Notes under the pieces: model-generated
Database searches by the model: none
Told to the model about the DNA's origin: nothing
What the model saw: the letters and a program-made list of their open reading frames with translations, nothing else
Program-made: the position numbers and the translations under genes
From: a virus
Length of the DNA stretch: 64,000 bases
Strand: one strand, 5' to 3'
Virus record (IMG/VR): IMGVR_UViG_3300031997_000620
Coordinates: 19,234-83,233 of that record
Shown: in pieces, positions 9,125 to 18,633 of the stretch
How the letters are laid out: each line of letters begins with the position of its first letter
Position numbering within the stretch: the stretch's first letter is position 1

Positions 9125-11076
9125 GCTTTAACCTCACCGAGAACTTTCTCTCAAAATTTAAAGGCAAACAACCTAAATTTGGACCTCTTGGGTACTTCAC
9201 CTATAAACGCACATATGCTCGCCTCTTAGATAAGGGTAAGACCGAGGAATACTGGCAGACATTACAGAGAGTAGTAGAGGCAACCTTTCTAGTGCAAAAG
9301 AGGCACTGTGCTTGGTGGAAGCTTCCGTGGAGTGAACACAGATCACAGCGATCAGCACAAGAGATGTTCCGTCTCATGTGGGACTTTAAGTTTCTGCCGC
9401 CGGGCAGGGGGCTTGCAAATATGGGAACCCTTGCCATGTGGGAGCGCGGCGGGGCTTGTCTTAACAACTGTGGGTTCGTTAGCACTACAGACATTCATGA
9501 AGACTTCAGCAATCCTTTTTGTTGGCTCATGGATATGTCCATGCACGGGGTTGGAATTGGTTTCGATACCGAAGGGGCGTTTGGTAAAGCACTCTATGTG
9601 AAGAAGCCCCGCTCAAATTCGAAAGAGATTTTCGAAATTGCTGATACCCGAGAAGGGTGGGTTGAAGCTTTCCGTCGTGTCCTTGACTCCTACGTCGGCA
9701 GAGACAGTATGCCCAAGGAATTCAACTTTGAAAAAATCAGACCTGCTGGTTCCCCCATTCTGACGTTTGGAGGGATTGCCCCTGGCCCTGGTCCTCTTAA
9801 GAAGCTATTGGAAAAAACTATTCACACACTAGATGTCTACGCGGGGGAGAATGCCCCAGTAGACTCAGAGCTTATCGTAGATTTGATGAACTTTGCTGGA
9901 GAAGCCGTAGTCGCTGGAGGAGTTCGACGAACGGCAGAGATCGCGTTTGGTAGACTGGATGATGAATCGTTTCGCACGCTGAAGTCACAAGAGAACATTG
10001 AGAATCCTGATCTAGCTAGGTGGGCTTCGAACAACTCTATCCTAGCCAAGACGGGGATGGACTACTCGGAGTTAGCGAAGGGGTCAGCTACTAATGGAGA
10101 GCCCGGGTTCTTTTGGCTAGAGAACGCACAGGCATATGGTCGCATGCACGATGGCAAGACGTTCAAAGATCATAGAGTCCGAGGTTGCAACCCTTGTGGT
10201 GAGCAGTCTCTAGAGCCTTTTGAACTTTGCAACCTTGTGGAGACGTTTCCTTCAAAGCACTTGACTTGCGCTGACTACATCAACACGTTAAAGTACGCAT
10301 ACCTATACGCCAAGACGGTAACTCTTATTGCGACTCACGATCCGAGAACCAATGCAGTCATGTTTCGAAATAGACGAATCGGTCTAAGTCAGACCGGGAT
10401 CATTGAAAATATCAACAGAGTGGGGTTCAGATCACATGTACAATGGTGTGAAGAGGGATATCAAAAGATTAGTGCGTGGGATCAAATTTACTCTGATTGG
10501 CTTTGTGTTCCTAAGTCTATCAAGCGCACAACTGTTAAGCCTTCAGGTACAGTCAGTCTACTGCCGGGTTGTACGCCGGGCATCCACTTCCCCCATAGTG
10601 AGTATTATACTCGGCGTGTGGAAGTAAACGAATCCTCAGATCTGTGGAAGATCATGCAGAAGGCAGGCTACAACATTGAGAAAAGCGTATACAAGGACAA
10701 CACGATGGTTGTAGAATTCCCTGTACATGAGCCTCACTTTGACCGTAGCAAAGACGAAGTGTCTATTTGGGAACAATTTGAATTGGCCGCTGCAATGCAA
10801 GCTAAGTGGTCGGACAACCAAGTATCGATTACGATCACTGTGCCCCCTGCTGAAGCTCGGGATCTTCCTCGTGCGCTCTCCATGTATGAAAAACGCCTGA
10901 AGGCAGTCAGCTTCCTGCCGCTGCGGGGGGACAAGGTTTACAAGCAGGCCCCTTACGAGTCTATCACCAAAGAGCAGTATGAGGAAAGTACCAAGAAGTT
11001 GAAGAAGTATGTTCTAGACAAGGTTGAAGACACTGTTATCGAGAAATTTTGCGATAATGACTCATGCCTAATATAA
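9106..11076 (+). CDS. nrdJ: Class II (B12-dependent) ribonucleoside-triphosphate reductase
   Basis: TYKRTYAR, FLPPGRGL, LNNC, GGVRRTAEI, NPCGEQSLE..ELCNL, TTVKPSGTVS, C-terminal FCDNDSC. Confidence 0.95.
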   Translation: MEREEVSFNLTENFLSKFKGKQPKFGPLGYFTYKRTYARLLDKGKTEEYWQTLQRVVEATFLVQKRHCAWWKLPWSEHRSQRSAQEMFRLMWDFKFLPPGRGLANMGTLAMWERGGACLNNCGFVSTTDIHEDFSNPFCWLMDMSMHGVGIGFDTEGAFGKALYVKKPRSNSKEIFEIADTREGWVEAFRRVLDSYVGRDSMPKEFNFEKIRPAGSPILTFGGIAPGPGPLKKLLEKTIHTLDVYAGENAPVDSELIVDLMNFAGEAVVAGGVRRTAEIAFGRLDDESFRTLKSQENIENPDLARWASNNSILAKTGMDYSELAKGSATNGEPGFFWLENAQAYGRMHDGKTFKDHRVRGCNPCGEQSLEPFELCNLVETFPSKHLTCADYINTLKYAYLYAKTVTLIATHDPRTNAVMFRNRRIGLSQTGIIENINRVGFRSHVQWCEEGYQKISAWDQIYSDWLCVPKSIKRTTVKPSGTVSLLPGCTPGIHFPHSEYYTRRVEVNESSDLWKIMQKAGYNIEKSVYKDNTMVVEFPVHEPHFDRSKDEVSIWEQFELAAAMQAKWSDNQVSITITVPPAEARDLPRALSMYEKRLKAVSFLPLRGDKVYKQAPYESITKEQYEESTKKLKKYVLDKVEDTVIEKFCDNDSCLI

Positions 11077-11177
11077 CTTTAACTAAAGGTTTTGCTGTTA
11101 AAGGGAAGGGCATTGGATACATAAAAACATATGAAACATTAGAAGAAGCAATAGCAAAAAGAGATTCCCTTTTCTAA
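11064..11177 (+). pseudogene. Internally deleted HNH-AP2 homing endonuclease remnant (37 aa)
   Basis: MPNITLTKGFAV resembles HNH-AP2 N-termini; GYIKTYETLEEAIAKRD resembles the AP2 C-terminal motif; no HNH core between them. Confidence 0.5.
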
Positions 11178-11189
11178 AGGAGATAGCAC

Positions 11190-11342
11190 ATGTTTGGCCT
11201 AGAAGACTTTATTAGCAACATGAACAAGCGACTAGACGTTATGGAGAAGTCAGTAAAAAGAATTGTTGAACTACTAGAAAAGATAGATAAGAATCTGACT
11301 CCAGAAAAGGCTCGTGATTTTCGAAAAACAGGGCAGCCCTAG
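11190..11342 (+). CDS. Small coiled-coil hypothetical protein (50 aa, below the ORF-track cutoff)
   Basis: AAGGAG RBS, MFGLEDFISNMNKRLDVMEKSVKRIVELLEKIDKNL... Confidence 0.65.
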   Translation: MFGLEDFISNMNKRLDVMEKSVKRIVELLEKIDKNLTPEKARDFRKTGQP

Positions 11343-11363
11343 AGAGAAGTAATCGGGGGGAGA

Positions 11364-11729
11364 ATGTTAGCTAAAGAAAACAATACAAAGCTTAAGAGGG
11401 CACAGCAAGATGTTATTAAAGCCGAAATCGCACTTAAAAATGCTGAACAAGCTTTACAAGCACAGTTAAAGCTAACTCGTGTTTCCTGTGTTAAAAATGT
11501 ACACGGACTCGGATGCGGAAAATCAATTCCGATTAATGAAATTGAGTTTCTTCAAACCCACTGGTATGTCCGCCCTTCTGGTTGCACAGAAGGCGACTAT
11601 TGGAAAGAAGGTGAAGGGCAGTATATTTGTCCTCATTGTAAGCACCTAAATCGCCTTTATAATCGCCCGGAAATTATGAAGTTAAAGCATCTCTTTAAAA
11701 GTATCAAGAACATCCACGACGCCGACTAA
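11364..11729 (+). CDS. Hypothetical Zn-binding protein
   Basis: Coiled coil then C..C and CPHC motifs. Confidence 0.6.
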   Translation: MLAKENNTKLKRAQQDVIKAEIALKNAEQALQAQLKLTRVSCVKNVHGLGCGKSIPINEIEFLQTHWYVRPSGCTEGDYWKEGEGQYICPHCKHLNRLYNRPEIMKLKHLFKSIKNIHDAD

Positions 11730-11734
11730 GCTAC

Positions 11735-11763
11735 TTGTAATTTTCCTCGGGAAAGGTGATAAT
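11735..11763 (+). promoter_or_regulatory. Sigma70-like promoter TTGTAA-N17-GATAAT
   Basis: 17-nt spacer TTTTCCTCGGGAAAGGT; precedes the GC-rich cassette array and thyX. Confidence 0.7.
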
Positions 11764-11778
11764 CTGCAAGAGGGGGAA

Positions 11779-12216
11779 ATGATGCCGAACACGCTCCAAT
11801 CTCGTATCAAGCAGCTTGAAACCGGGTACGACACGCTGCGCACCACGACAAATAGACTCATGAGCGAGAACGCGACCCTCAGGCACGACGCAAAGCTGTG
11901 CGCAGATATTGTTGCAGTCTTGCAAACCGTCGTTGGTGACAGCGGCGTTAGTGAGGGCGCTGTCGAAGTTGCGGAGCGCCTGATTCGAGAGCGACCGGAG
12001 TTGCTTCGAGAGCGGGCGGAGTTGATGCGGCGCGTCGTGGAGCTGGAGGCAGACCGCGAGCGGCTGGAGTTCTACTTGGATTCAGATAGGTGGACGATCT
12101 GGTCAGACAAGGGAGTCTGGTACGTCAAGGACGAGAACGACGACGATTATCCGGTTCACAATTACACTACTAAGCGTGAGGCTATTGACGCCGCTCGCAC
12201 GAGGGAGACGACTTGA
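11779..12216 (+). CDS. Hypothetical protein, GC-rich cassette 1
   Basis: Coiled coil; ELEADRERL and REAIDAAR motifs shared with neighbours. Confidence 0.65.
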   Translation: MMPNTLQSRIKQLETGYDTLRTTTNRLMSENATLRHDAKLCADIVAVLQTVVGDSGVSEGAVEVAERLIRERPELLRERAELMRRVVELEADRERLEFYLDSDRWTIWSDKGVWYVKDENDDDYPVHNYTTKREAIDAARTRETT

Positions 12217-12286
12217 CCTACGAACAGCAGTATCACGCAGCACTCGCTCGCATCGCGGAGCTGGAGGCAGACCGCGATCGGCTGGA
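12039..12286 (+). repeat. 30-nt direct repeat (12039-12068, 12257-12286) GGAGCTGGAGGCAGACCGCGAnCGGCTGGA
   Basis: 29/30 identical by direct reading; encodes ELEADR.RL in two adjacent ORFs. Confidence 0.9.
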
Positions 12287-12413
12287 CTGGCTCCTCGGGG
12301 GCGAGCACGGCTGCGACGAGGTGGACATTGTCCTCAAAGGTGACGACCACATCTGGCACCCCGTGACGACGCGGGAGCAGATCGACGCCGCCCGCGCGAA
12401 GGAGACGCCGTGA
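12213..12413 (+). CDS. Hypothetical protein, GC-rich cassette 2
   Basis: TTGA-coupled start; ELEADRDRLDWL...REQIDAARAKETP. Confidence 0.65.
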   Translation: MTYEQQYHAALARIAELEADRDRLDWLLGGEHGCDEVDIVLKGDDHIWHPVTTREQIDAARAKETP

Positions 12414-12679
12414 CCCCGGAACGGATGCAGCTCCTACTAGACCGGCAGCGCACTCACGGACTTGAGTTTTCGCTGATTGATGAGATGACTCCGGATTTCA
12501 CCGAAGCCCTCGCCAATCTTGCGCTAGCAGCTCGCGCCGATGAGATCGCGGAAAACGAGTTCATGTGCGGAAGCGGTGACTGCGAATCTACCAATCAGCG
12601 CGCTTACGATAAGTGGCAGCTTGCGAAAGCAGAGCGCCGTTCTGCTCTCGCAGCCGTGTTCACGGAGATGCAGCCGTGA
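12410..12679 (+). CDS. Hypothetical protein, GC-rich cassette 3
   Basis: GTGA-coupled start with AAGGAG RBS. Confidence 0.6.
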   Translation: MTPERMQLLLDRQRTHGLEFSLIDEMTPDFTEALANLALAARADEIAENEFMCGSGDCESTNQRAYDKWQLAKAERRSALAAVFTEMQP

Positions 12680-12707
12680 CCGCCACCGAGGAGCTGGGAG
12701 GGGACGA

Positions 12708-12857
12708 ATGCTGAGTGACACCGAACTCGCCGCGCTAGCGCGAGCGATCACCGAACTTGCCGCGCACCCGCCCGACGAGTGGCGCGACCTGGAGAGCGAC
12801 GTGGTGAAACTGATTCGCGGTGCCCTCGCCGCAGCCCGCGCGAAGGAAGGGTCATGA
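12708..12857 (+). CDS. Hypothetical protein, GC-rich cassette 4 (49 aa)
   Basis: GGAGG RBS then ATG 12708 (MLSDTELAAL...AAARAKEGS); ATGA overlap with thyX. Confidence 0.55.
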   Translation: MLSDTELAALARAITELAAHPPDEWRDLESDVVKLIRGALAAARAKEGS

Positions 12858-13648
12858 AATTCGTAGAACCTAAGGTTTTTCTAATTGGAGAAACTTCATT
12901 AGTTCCCGGAGGGCTTGAAGCTTACCTTAAACATGTAGGTACAAAATGGGTATATCCTGATGATGCTAACTCTGCTGCGGAAATTATTCCTGAAGTGATG
13001 GGCCGAATTTGCTATCGCTCTTGGGAGGCCGGGATGAACCCTAATGTGACGAAGGTTCGTCAAGGCAATGAGCAGTACCTTAGCAACATCAAGGCTCAAA
13101 AGCACGGCAGCGTCCTAGAGCATGTAAACTTTAGCTTCATCTTTGCAGATGTCAGTAGAGTTTTTACCCATGAGCTGATTACCCATCGAGTCGGGACTGC
13201 CAAGTCCCAGGAATCCCTGAGGTATGTACGCCTGGACAAGTTAAGCGCATACTTTCCTATGGTCTTTGAAGGAGATGATGGGGCTAGTGCCCTCTTTGAG
13301 AAAACCATAGAAGATCTTGAAACCATGCAAAAGTTTCTCGGGCAATATTTTAAGCTGGATGAAGAGAAAGACTTTGGAAGAAAGAAGCGAATAACTTCGG
13401 CGATGCGCCGACTCGCTCCTGAAGGCGTGGCTACTACAGTAGGATGGACAGCGAATGGGAGAACTCTTTACAATGTTATTCATCGCAGGACTTCTCCTCA
13501 TGCTGAAGAGGAGATTAGGGTTGTATTTAACAAGGTGGCTGAAATTGTCATAGCTCGATATCCAAATTTATTTTCAGACCTAATTCCAGACTCTATTGGG
13601 GCTGAAAAAGGGGTATTTTGGTATAGGAGTGTAAATGGGGAAGTATAA
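12854..13648 (+). CDS. thyX: FAD-dependent thymidylate synthase
   Basis: GRICYRS, HGSVLEH, VSRVFTHELITHR..SQESLRY, R.LAP, N.R, HAEEEIR; true start ATG 12854. Confidence 0.93.
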   Translation: MKFVEPKVFLIGETSLVPGGLEAYLKHVGTKWVYPDDANSAAEIIPEVMGRICYRSWEAGMNPNVTKVRQGNEQYLSNIKAQKHGSVLEHVNFSFIFADVSRVFTHELITHRVGTAKSQESLRYVRLDKLSAYFPMVFEGDDGASALFEKTIEDLETMQKFLGQYFKLDEEKDFGRKKRITSAMRRLAPEGVATTVGWTANGRTLYNVIHRRTSPHAEEEIRVVFNKVAEIVIARYPNLFSDLIPDSIGAEKGVFWYRSVNGEV

Positions 13649-13736
13649 GAACTTGTCTAATAAAAAATTTGGAAGACTATTAGCTGTCCAAATTTCTAAA
13701 AGGATAAAAAAGGGAGGAAATAGGCGTGGAGTTTGA
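13635..13736 (+). pseudogene. N-terminal remnant of a homing-endonuclease-type gene (33 aa)
   Basis: MGKYKNLSNKKFGRLLAV matches the (D/N)L.G.KFGRL.V start of phage AP2/HNH-type endonucleases; truncated; AGGAG RBS. Confidence 0.55.
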
Positions 13737-14157
13737 AGACAGGGAAGGGTATGACGAACTGCTGGCGGTGCTCAAAGAAGCCTATGAGCAGGCTTCGATT
13801 GGTAAGGGCCGCGAGCGCCATGCTCATGGCAATAAGCCTTTTACAGATCAGCAAATCCTAACAGGGCAACGAAAGTATGGCATGGGGTTTGCTTTAGGGC
13901 AAGCCGATAAGAAGATGGAAGAAGCCTTTCATATGCCGAATTGGACTTCAGCAAGGAGAGATCTTCTTGGGGCTCTGGTCTATGTCTCTGCCGCCATCCT
14001 ATATGGGGACGAAGCTAATCAAAAGGATGCCGATCTATTTGAAGATGCGGTAAGTAGTCTGTGTGAAGAAGAAGAAAATTTAGTAGATGATGACTATGAT
14101 GATCCTTTCGAAGATGACTTCGAAAACGTTAAACCCCCTATTACCGAGGAGAAGTAA
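13726..14157 (+). CDS. Conserved phage helical protein, possibly nucleotide pyrophosphohydrolase-like, with acidic tail
   Basis: AYEQASIGKGRERH..PF..Q, GFALGQA.KK..EA, LLGALVY..AAI. Confidence 0.55.
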   Translation: MEFEDREGYDELLAVLKEAYEQASIGKGRERHAHGNKPFTDQQILTGQRKYGMGFALGQADKKMEEAFHMPNWTSARRDLLGALVYVSAAILYGDEANQKDADLFEDAVSSLCEEEENLVDDDYDDPFEDDFENVKPPITEEK

Positions 14158-14160
14158 GGA

Positions 14161-17100
14161 ATGTTTCGAACAGAGCCCGACGGTAGCGTCCTTTGGCTAC
14201 CTACGACAGTAGAAGAAGCAGTTCAATTTAAGATTGACCTTCTTGAAGAAGGTACCGAACATACTTCTTCTTCTTCTTTGTCCGAACAGGTTACAACTCA
14301 ATTGAACTCTTTTGCAAATAAAATTCTTGAGGGTAACTCCAATCTTACACGAACAAATGATTTATACCTATCTACTATTAAGAAAATGTTTGGTGGAGCA
14401 CTATATCCGGTAGACATTGTACTTCCTGTTTATGGTGGACTACATATCCTAAAGCCCTCCCTCCAGGCTATTAAAGACCGTACCGATTATCCCTACCGAT
14501 TAATCATCGTTGATGACTGCTCTCCGGATCACAAAACCAAAAAATTCTTAACAGAGTGGCAAGCAAACAATCCTGCGCACACTGTAATCTTTCAACCGAA
14601 AAATAAGGGTTTTGCTGCGTCTGTAAACAAAGGCATTAGAACGGGGCAGGGCGGGTATATCTGTGTCTTGAATTCAGATGTTCTTGTAACTCCTAACTGG
14701 TTAACTAAACTAGTATTTGCACTTGAAGCCTCTCCTACCCATGCAATCGTTAACCCTGTCACTAACAATACAGCTATTATTGATATTGCAATGCACCCCG
14801 GACTCAGTTATTTGGATATGAATCGAGGTCTAGAAGCAGTTTCTTCTCATAGATATCCCGAAATCATGCCTACGGGATTCTGTTTTATGTTCAAAAGAGA
14901 ACTGATAACTAAAATTGGGTACTTTGACGAGGCATATGGTAGCTACGGTGAGGAAAGCGATTTCTGGATGCGTACTCTCTCCTATGCAGATCCTAACGGA
15001 GTATTTCCTAGATACAAGGCTGTACTCGCAGACGATACATATCTCTACCATGAACGAGGTTCCTCTTTTAGCGCCTTGGGTACAGAGCAGCATATGGGTA
15101 TTAGAAGGGGTGGCAGCGAACGGTTTAACCGAATCTGGCCTCAATTTAAGTCTTGGAGAAAACACAATAAAGTTGAAAACGATATTCAGTATTTAAAGGA
15201 TGAACTACCGAAAAGGGTAACTACAAAGGAATCTCCTTATAACATTGCGTTCCTTGTGTTTAGCACGGCCTACTGTGGCGGGATGGCTTTTATTGCTGAC
15301 ATTGTAAACCAACTTCAGGAAGAGGGCGTAAACGCTAAAGTTGTGCAAATTAATCGAGATCCCGCTCATGTAGCCCCTCCTACAATGGGAGAACTTCGCT
15401 CTGGAGTTATTTCGTTTGAATCACCTAAAGATGCAGTAGATCATTTTAGTTCTAGTGTTTTTGATAGTGGTGTTATTGTTGCTGCCACCAATGAGATGCA
15501 GCAACTCGCAGAGCAGATTGGGGTAAACAACCCTAAACTTCTAAATGTTCTATTCAGTCAAAGTTTCGACCCTGCATTAGTTCCCAACGACCAGTTGAGT
15601 ACGACTATGAAAGAGCAGTACCACAAGGCCCCTTATATCATCTCGAATGCCAAATGGCTTGATGAAACAATCAAATCTATAACCAATAGATCAACTTTTG
15701 GGTATGTTAATCCTGGCGTCAATTCTGAGTTATTCTATCCTCGTGGTAGGGACCGAGGTGACGATCGTCCTACGGTAGCGTTTTTCTTAAACTCTCGCGA
15801 AGAATACAGAGGGTTTAATAGGGGGCTTGAAGCGGCCTTCGCTTTGCATAATATCAGTTTACAATGTAATATTGATATCCGCATTGTAGGAATTGGAGTA
15901 GATGCTGTACAAGGAGCCCCTTTCATTACCTGTGTTGGTGGAATGTCTCAAGCTAGGATAGCTACCTTCCTGTCAACTGAAGTAGACGTAATATGTGATC
16001 CTCAGACTATTCATACCTACGGCATGCCCTCTCTTGAAGGGATGGCTAGTGGAGCAGTTCCGGTATGCTGGGACAACGTAGGAATTCACGAGTTTGCTAC
16101 AAACGGTATCGACAGTATAATTCTTCCGAAAGAGGCAACTCCGGGCATGGTCGCTCAAGAGATTTTTAACTTGCTGACCAATACGTCCACTCTCGATACG
16201 ATGAAGGCCGAGGCAGTCCTAGTTTCGAAGAAGCATAATAGAAAGGTTGCCGTAACTCAGTTCATTCAAAATTTGGAAGAAAATTTCCGGCTTCGTCACG
16301 CCAAGAGAAAGATATTTGTTGTTACGCCTCACCTACGAAAGCATGGGGGGCCGACAACTATTCTTCATACTGCCGAGGCCCTAGCATCGCTTGGGCATGA
16401 TGTAACTCTCGGGTGCATCTACGCAGACATTAACCCGGAAATCATCAAAGAAACCAATATCCCTATCTCCATAAAATGGCAAGATCCTGGGAAGTATGAC
16501 GTTATCATAACTAACTCCGACAACCCCCACAATGAACACTTCTCATTCGCAAAGTGGGCGGACAAGAAGGTACTACTAAAGTTGTCCCATAATCCCCGAT
16601 TTCAAAAGTTGGAAGACGACGCGTTAAAACTTGAGTGGGATGATATCTGCACCAGCACAAACTGGCTTGTTAACGCTTGCGCTAAGCCTCAGGTCGAGTC
16701 AGGATGGACACATCCTCCGAGGGAGGCACACCGAGTAGGGTGGTATCACTACGGCCATAAGGACTTTGTATGTAAGTATACAGATAGAAAGTATTTCATA
16801 AATGGACAGATGAATATACTCACCCTGATTCATCATCACCCGACAAAGGGAACTCCGGAAGCACTGACAGCCCTAGCAGCTATCAAGGAAAAGTATGGAG
16901 ATAAGGTCAATATCTTTGGAGTTGGCGAATGGCCCGAATTTACGAAGCAGTGCCCTCCGTGGATGCAGTATTTCCTTAACATAGACCGGAAATCTCTTGC
17001 TCAAATCTATAGACAGATGGATTTCTTTTTATCTGCTTCACACTCTGAAGGGTTGGGTAGAATGTCTCTAGAGGCAATGTCTGCAAGTTGTCTAGTAATC

Positions 17101-17325
17101 AAGACTCCTACAGGAGCAGAGTTTGAGAAGGATATGGTCAACTGTGTAGTCGCTGACGGATTTACGGCTACTGATTTGGCTAACGCTCTAGATAAGCTAG
17201 GATCTGATGAAGAAACTTTCAAGAGGATTGTCAAAGAAGGATTCATTACCGCAGAAACCCTTTCCGACCCCGGCCCCTATCGTGAGACTTGGGCGAGAGT
17301 AATTGAGGATATTTATGGAAACTAG
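14161..17325 (+). CDS. Multidomain glycosyltransferase (GT2 + two GT-B/GT4-like domains)
   Basis: DIVLPVY, VDDCS, NKGFAASVNKG, LNSD, GEESDF (GT2); YGMPSLEGMASG and EGLGRMSLEAMSA (GT4-type motifs). Confidence 0.9.
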   Translation: MFRTEPDGSVLWLPTTVEEAVQFKIDLLEEGTEHTSSSSLSEQVTTQLNSFANKILEGNSNLTRTNDLYLSTIKKMFGGALYPVDIVLPVYGGLHILKPSLQAIKDRTDYPYRLIIVDDCSPDHKTKKFLTEWQANNPAHTVIFQPKNKGFAASVNKGIRTGQGGYICVLNSDVLVTPNWLTKLVFALEASPTHAIVNPVTNNTAIIDIAMHPGLSYLDMNRGLEAVSSHRYPEIMPTGFCFMFKRELITKIGYFDEAYGSYGEESDFWMRTLSYADPNGVFPRYKAVLADDTYLYHERGSSFSALGTEQHMGIRRGGSERFNRIWPQFKSWRKHNKVENDIQYLKDELPKRVTTKESPYNIAFLVFSTAYCGGMAFIADIVNQLQEEGVNAKVVQINRDPAHVAPPTMGELRSGVISFESPKDAVDHFSSSVFDSGVIVAATNEMQQLAEQIGVNNPKLLNVLFSQSFDPALVPNDQLSTTMKEQYHKAPYIISNAKWLDETIKSITNRSTFGYVNPGVNSELFYPRGRDRGDDRPTVAFFLNSREEYRGFNRGLEAAFALHNISLQCNIDIRIVGIGVDAVQGAPFITCVGGMSQARIATFLSTEVDVICDPQTIHTYGMPSLEGMASGAVPVCWDNVGIHEFATNGIDSIILPKEATPGMVAQEIFNLLTNTSTLDTMKAEAVLVSKKHNRKVAVTQFIQNLEENFRLRHAKRKIFVVTPHLRKHGGPTTILHTAEALASLGHDVTLGCIYADINPEIIKETNIPISIKWQDPGKYDVIITNSDNPHNEHFSFAKWADKKVLLKLSHNPRFQKLEDDALKLEWDDICTSTNWLVNACAKPQVESGWTHPPREAHRVGWYHYGHKDFVCKYTDRKYFINGQMNILTLIHHHPTKGTPEALTALAAIKEKYGDKVNIFGVGEWPEFTKQCPPWMQYFLNIDRKSLAQIYRQMDFFLSASHSEGLGRMSLEAMSASCLVIKTPTGAEFEKDMVNCVVADGFTATDLANALDKLGSDEETFKRIVKEGFITAETLSDPGPYRETWARVIEDIYGN

Positions 17326-18091
17326 CAAACGAGGAGTTGCAATCTGCCACTATAATAGGGTCTTAACTCTAGAAAAGCTGATTACTAGGGTTATCGATAC
17401 AGTCCCTCAGGACTGTAGGGTTGTGGTTTGTGATGACGGATCTGATGCTGTTTTTAGCCCTCAAGAAGTTCATGACATTAGCGCATCAGACATCTGTAGA
17501 AAGATTGGGGTTCCCCTAATTCAAGGACGCAATCTTGGGGTATCCGCAAACAAGAACCGTGCCCTCTGGGCTCTTCAGGACTGTCACTTCATGTGTATTC
17601 TAGAGGATGATCTATTCCCGAATGCCCCGGGATGGATGGAAGACTACGAAAGGGCCTCGTCCCTTTCAGGGGTTCATCATTTCTGCCGAGTGCAGGATAA
17701 GGAAGTTGAAGAAACGATTTCCAGTTTCTCCAACTTTATGATCTCTGAAGGTCTTACTCCGATTTTTGGCCCTTCTCCCCGTGGGGATCTGACGTTCCTT
17801 ACGAGTCGAGTCCTTAAGGAAGTAGGAGGATTCAACCCTGCCTTTATCGGGGCAGGATATGCCCACGGGGAATGGACTGCTAGAGTCGTAGCGGCGGGGC
17901 TAATCCCTCACCCTCTTAAGTATGTGGATATTCAAGAGGCACGGAACAAGTTTGAACAAATCGGAGATACTGAGGGGGGCCGCTGGCTACAACCCAACAG
18001 CTTAATTCAGACTCAGATCAAGAATAACCGCAAGCTTCTAAAACAGCTCCAACGGACAGGGTATATCTATCATCCTCTGGTGCTCTCATGA
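17315..18091 (+). CDS. GT2-family glycosyltransferase
   Basis: AICHYNR, VCDDGS, NLGVSANKN, LEDD, VGGFNPAF.G.GYAH. Confidence 0.88.
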   Translation: METSKRGVAICHYNRVLTLEKLITRVIDTVPQDCRVVVCDDGSDAVFSPQEVHDISASDICRKIGVPLIQGRNLGVSANKNRALWALQDCHFMCILEDDLFPNAPGWMEDYERASSLSGVHHFCRVQDKEVEETISSFSNFMISEGLTPIFGPSPRGDLTFLTSRVLKEVGGFNPAFIGAGYAHGEWTARVVAAGLIPHPLKYVDIQEARNKFEQIGDTEGGRWLQPNSLIQTQIKNNRKLLKQLQRTGYIYHPLVLS

Positions 18092-18633
18092 TGAGAGAAA
18101 TAGTGACATACCCGAATGCAGATATCCGTGAACTCTCGGCTACCGTTAGAAGGATCAATGGCCCTGAGACGATGCAGCTTATTGAGGATATGAAAGAGAC
18201 TATGCTGGCATACAAGGGAGTAGGGCTCGCTGCACCTCAAGTGGGGGTTCGCAAGAGAATTATCATAGCCGAGTTTGATGGGATCTTAGCCTTAATCAAT
18301 CCAAAGTATAAGGTCTTAGGGGAGGAGACTTTCAAGTCCTTGGAAGGGTGCTTATCAGTTCCCGGCCCGACAGCAGTAATCACCCGATTTAACTCCATTG
18401 AAGTTACCGGAAAGGAGCCTCATTTTTGGAACAACGAAGTTGTCACCAGTGATTTTAAGTGGATCTTTACAGGAGAAGAAGCAGCTATCATTCAGCATGA
18501 AATAGACCACCTAGAAGGGTGCCTATTCTTTGACCACCTGAAGCCGATGGCAAAGAATATGTACATTAGAAAGATGAACAAACAGATCAAAAGGGGGCAG
18601 GCATGGCGGTATCAAGTCGCAACATCGTTGTAA
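18088..18633 (+). CDS. def: Peptide deformylase
   Basis: All three PDF motifs: GVGLAAPQVG, EGCLS, QHEIDHLEG. Confidence 0.96.
   Translation: MMREIVTYPNADIRELSATVRRINGPETMQLIEDMKETMLAYKGVGLAAPQVGVRKRIIIAEFDGILALINPKYKVLGEETFKSLEGCLSVPGPTAVITRFNSIEVTGKEPHFWNNEVVTSDFKWIFTGEEAAIIQHEIDHLEGCLFFDHLKPMAKNMYIRKMNKQIKRGQAWRYQVATSL

Noticed and set aside
9106-11076. Intein or intron in nrdJ (also checked recA and thyX)
   Set aside because: Lengths and motif spacing are normal, with no splicing motifs or frame breaks
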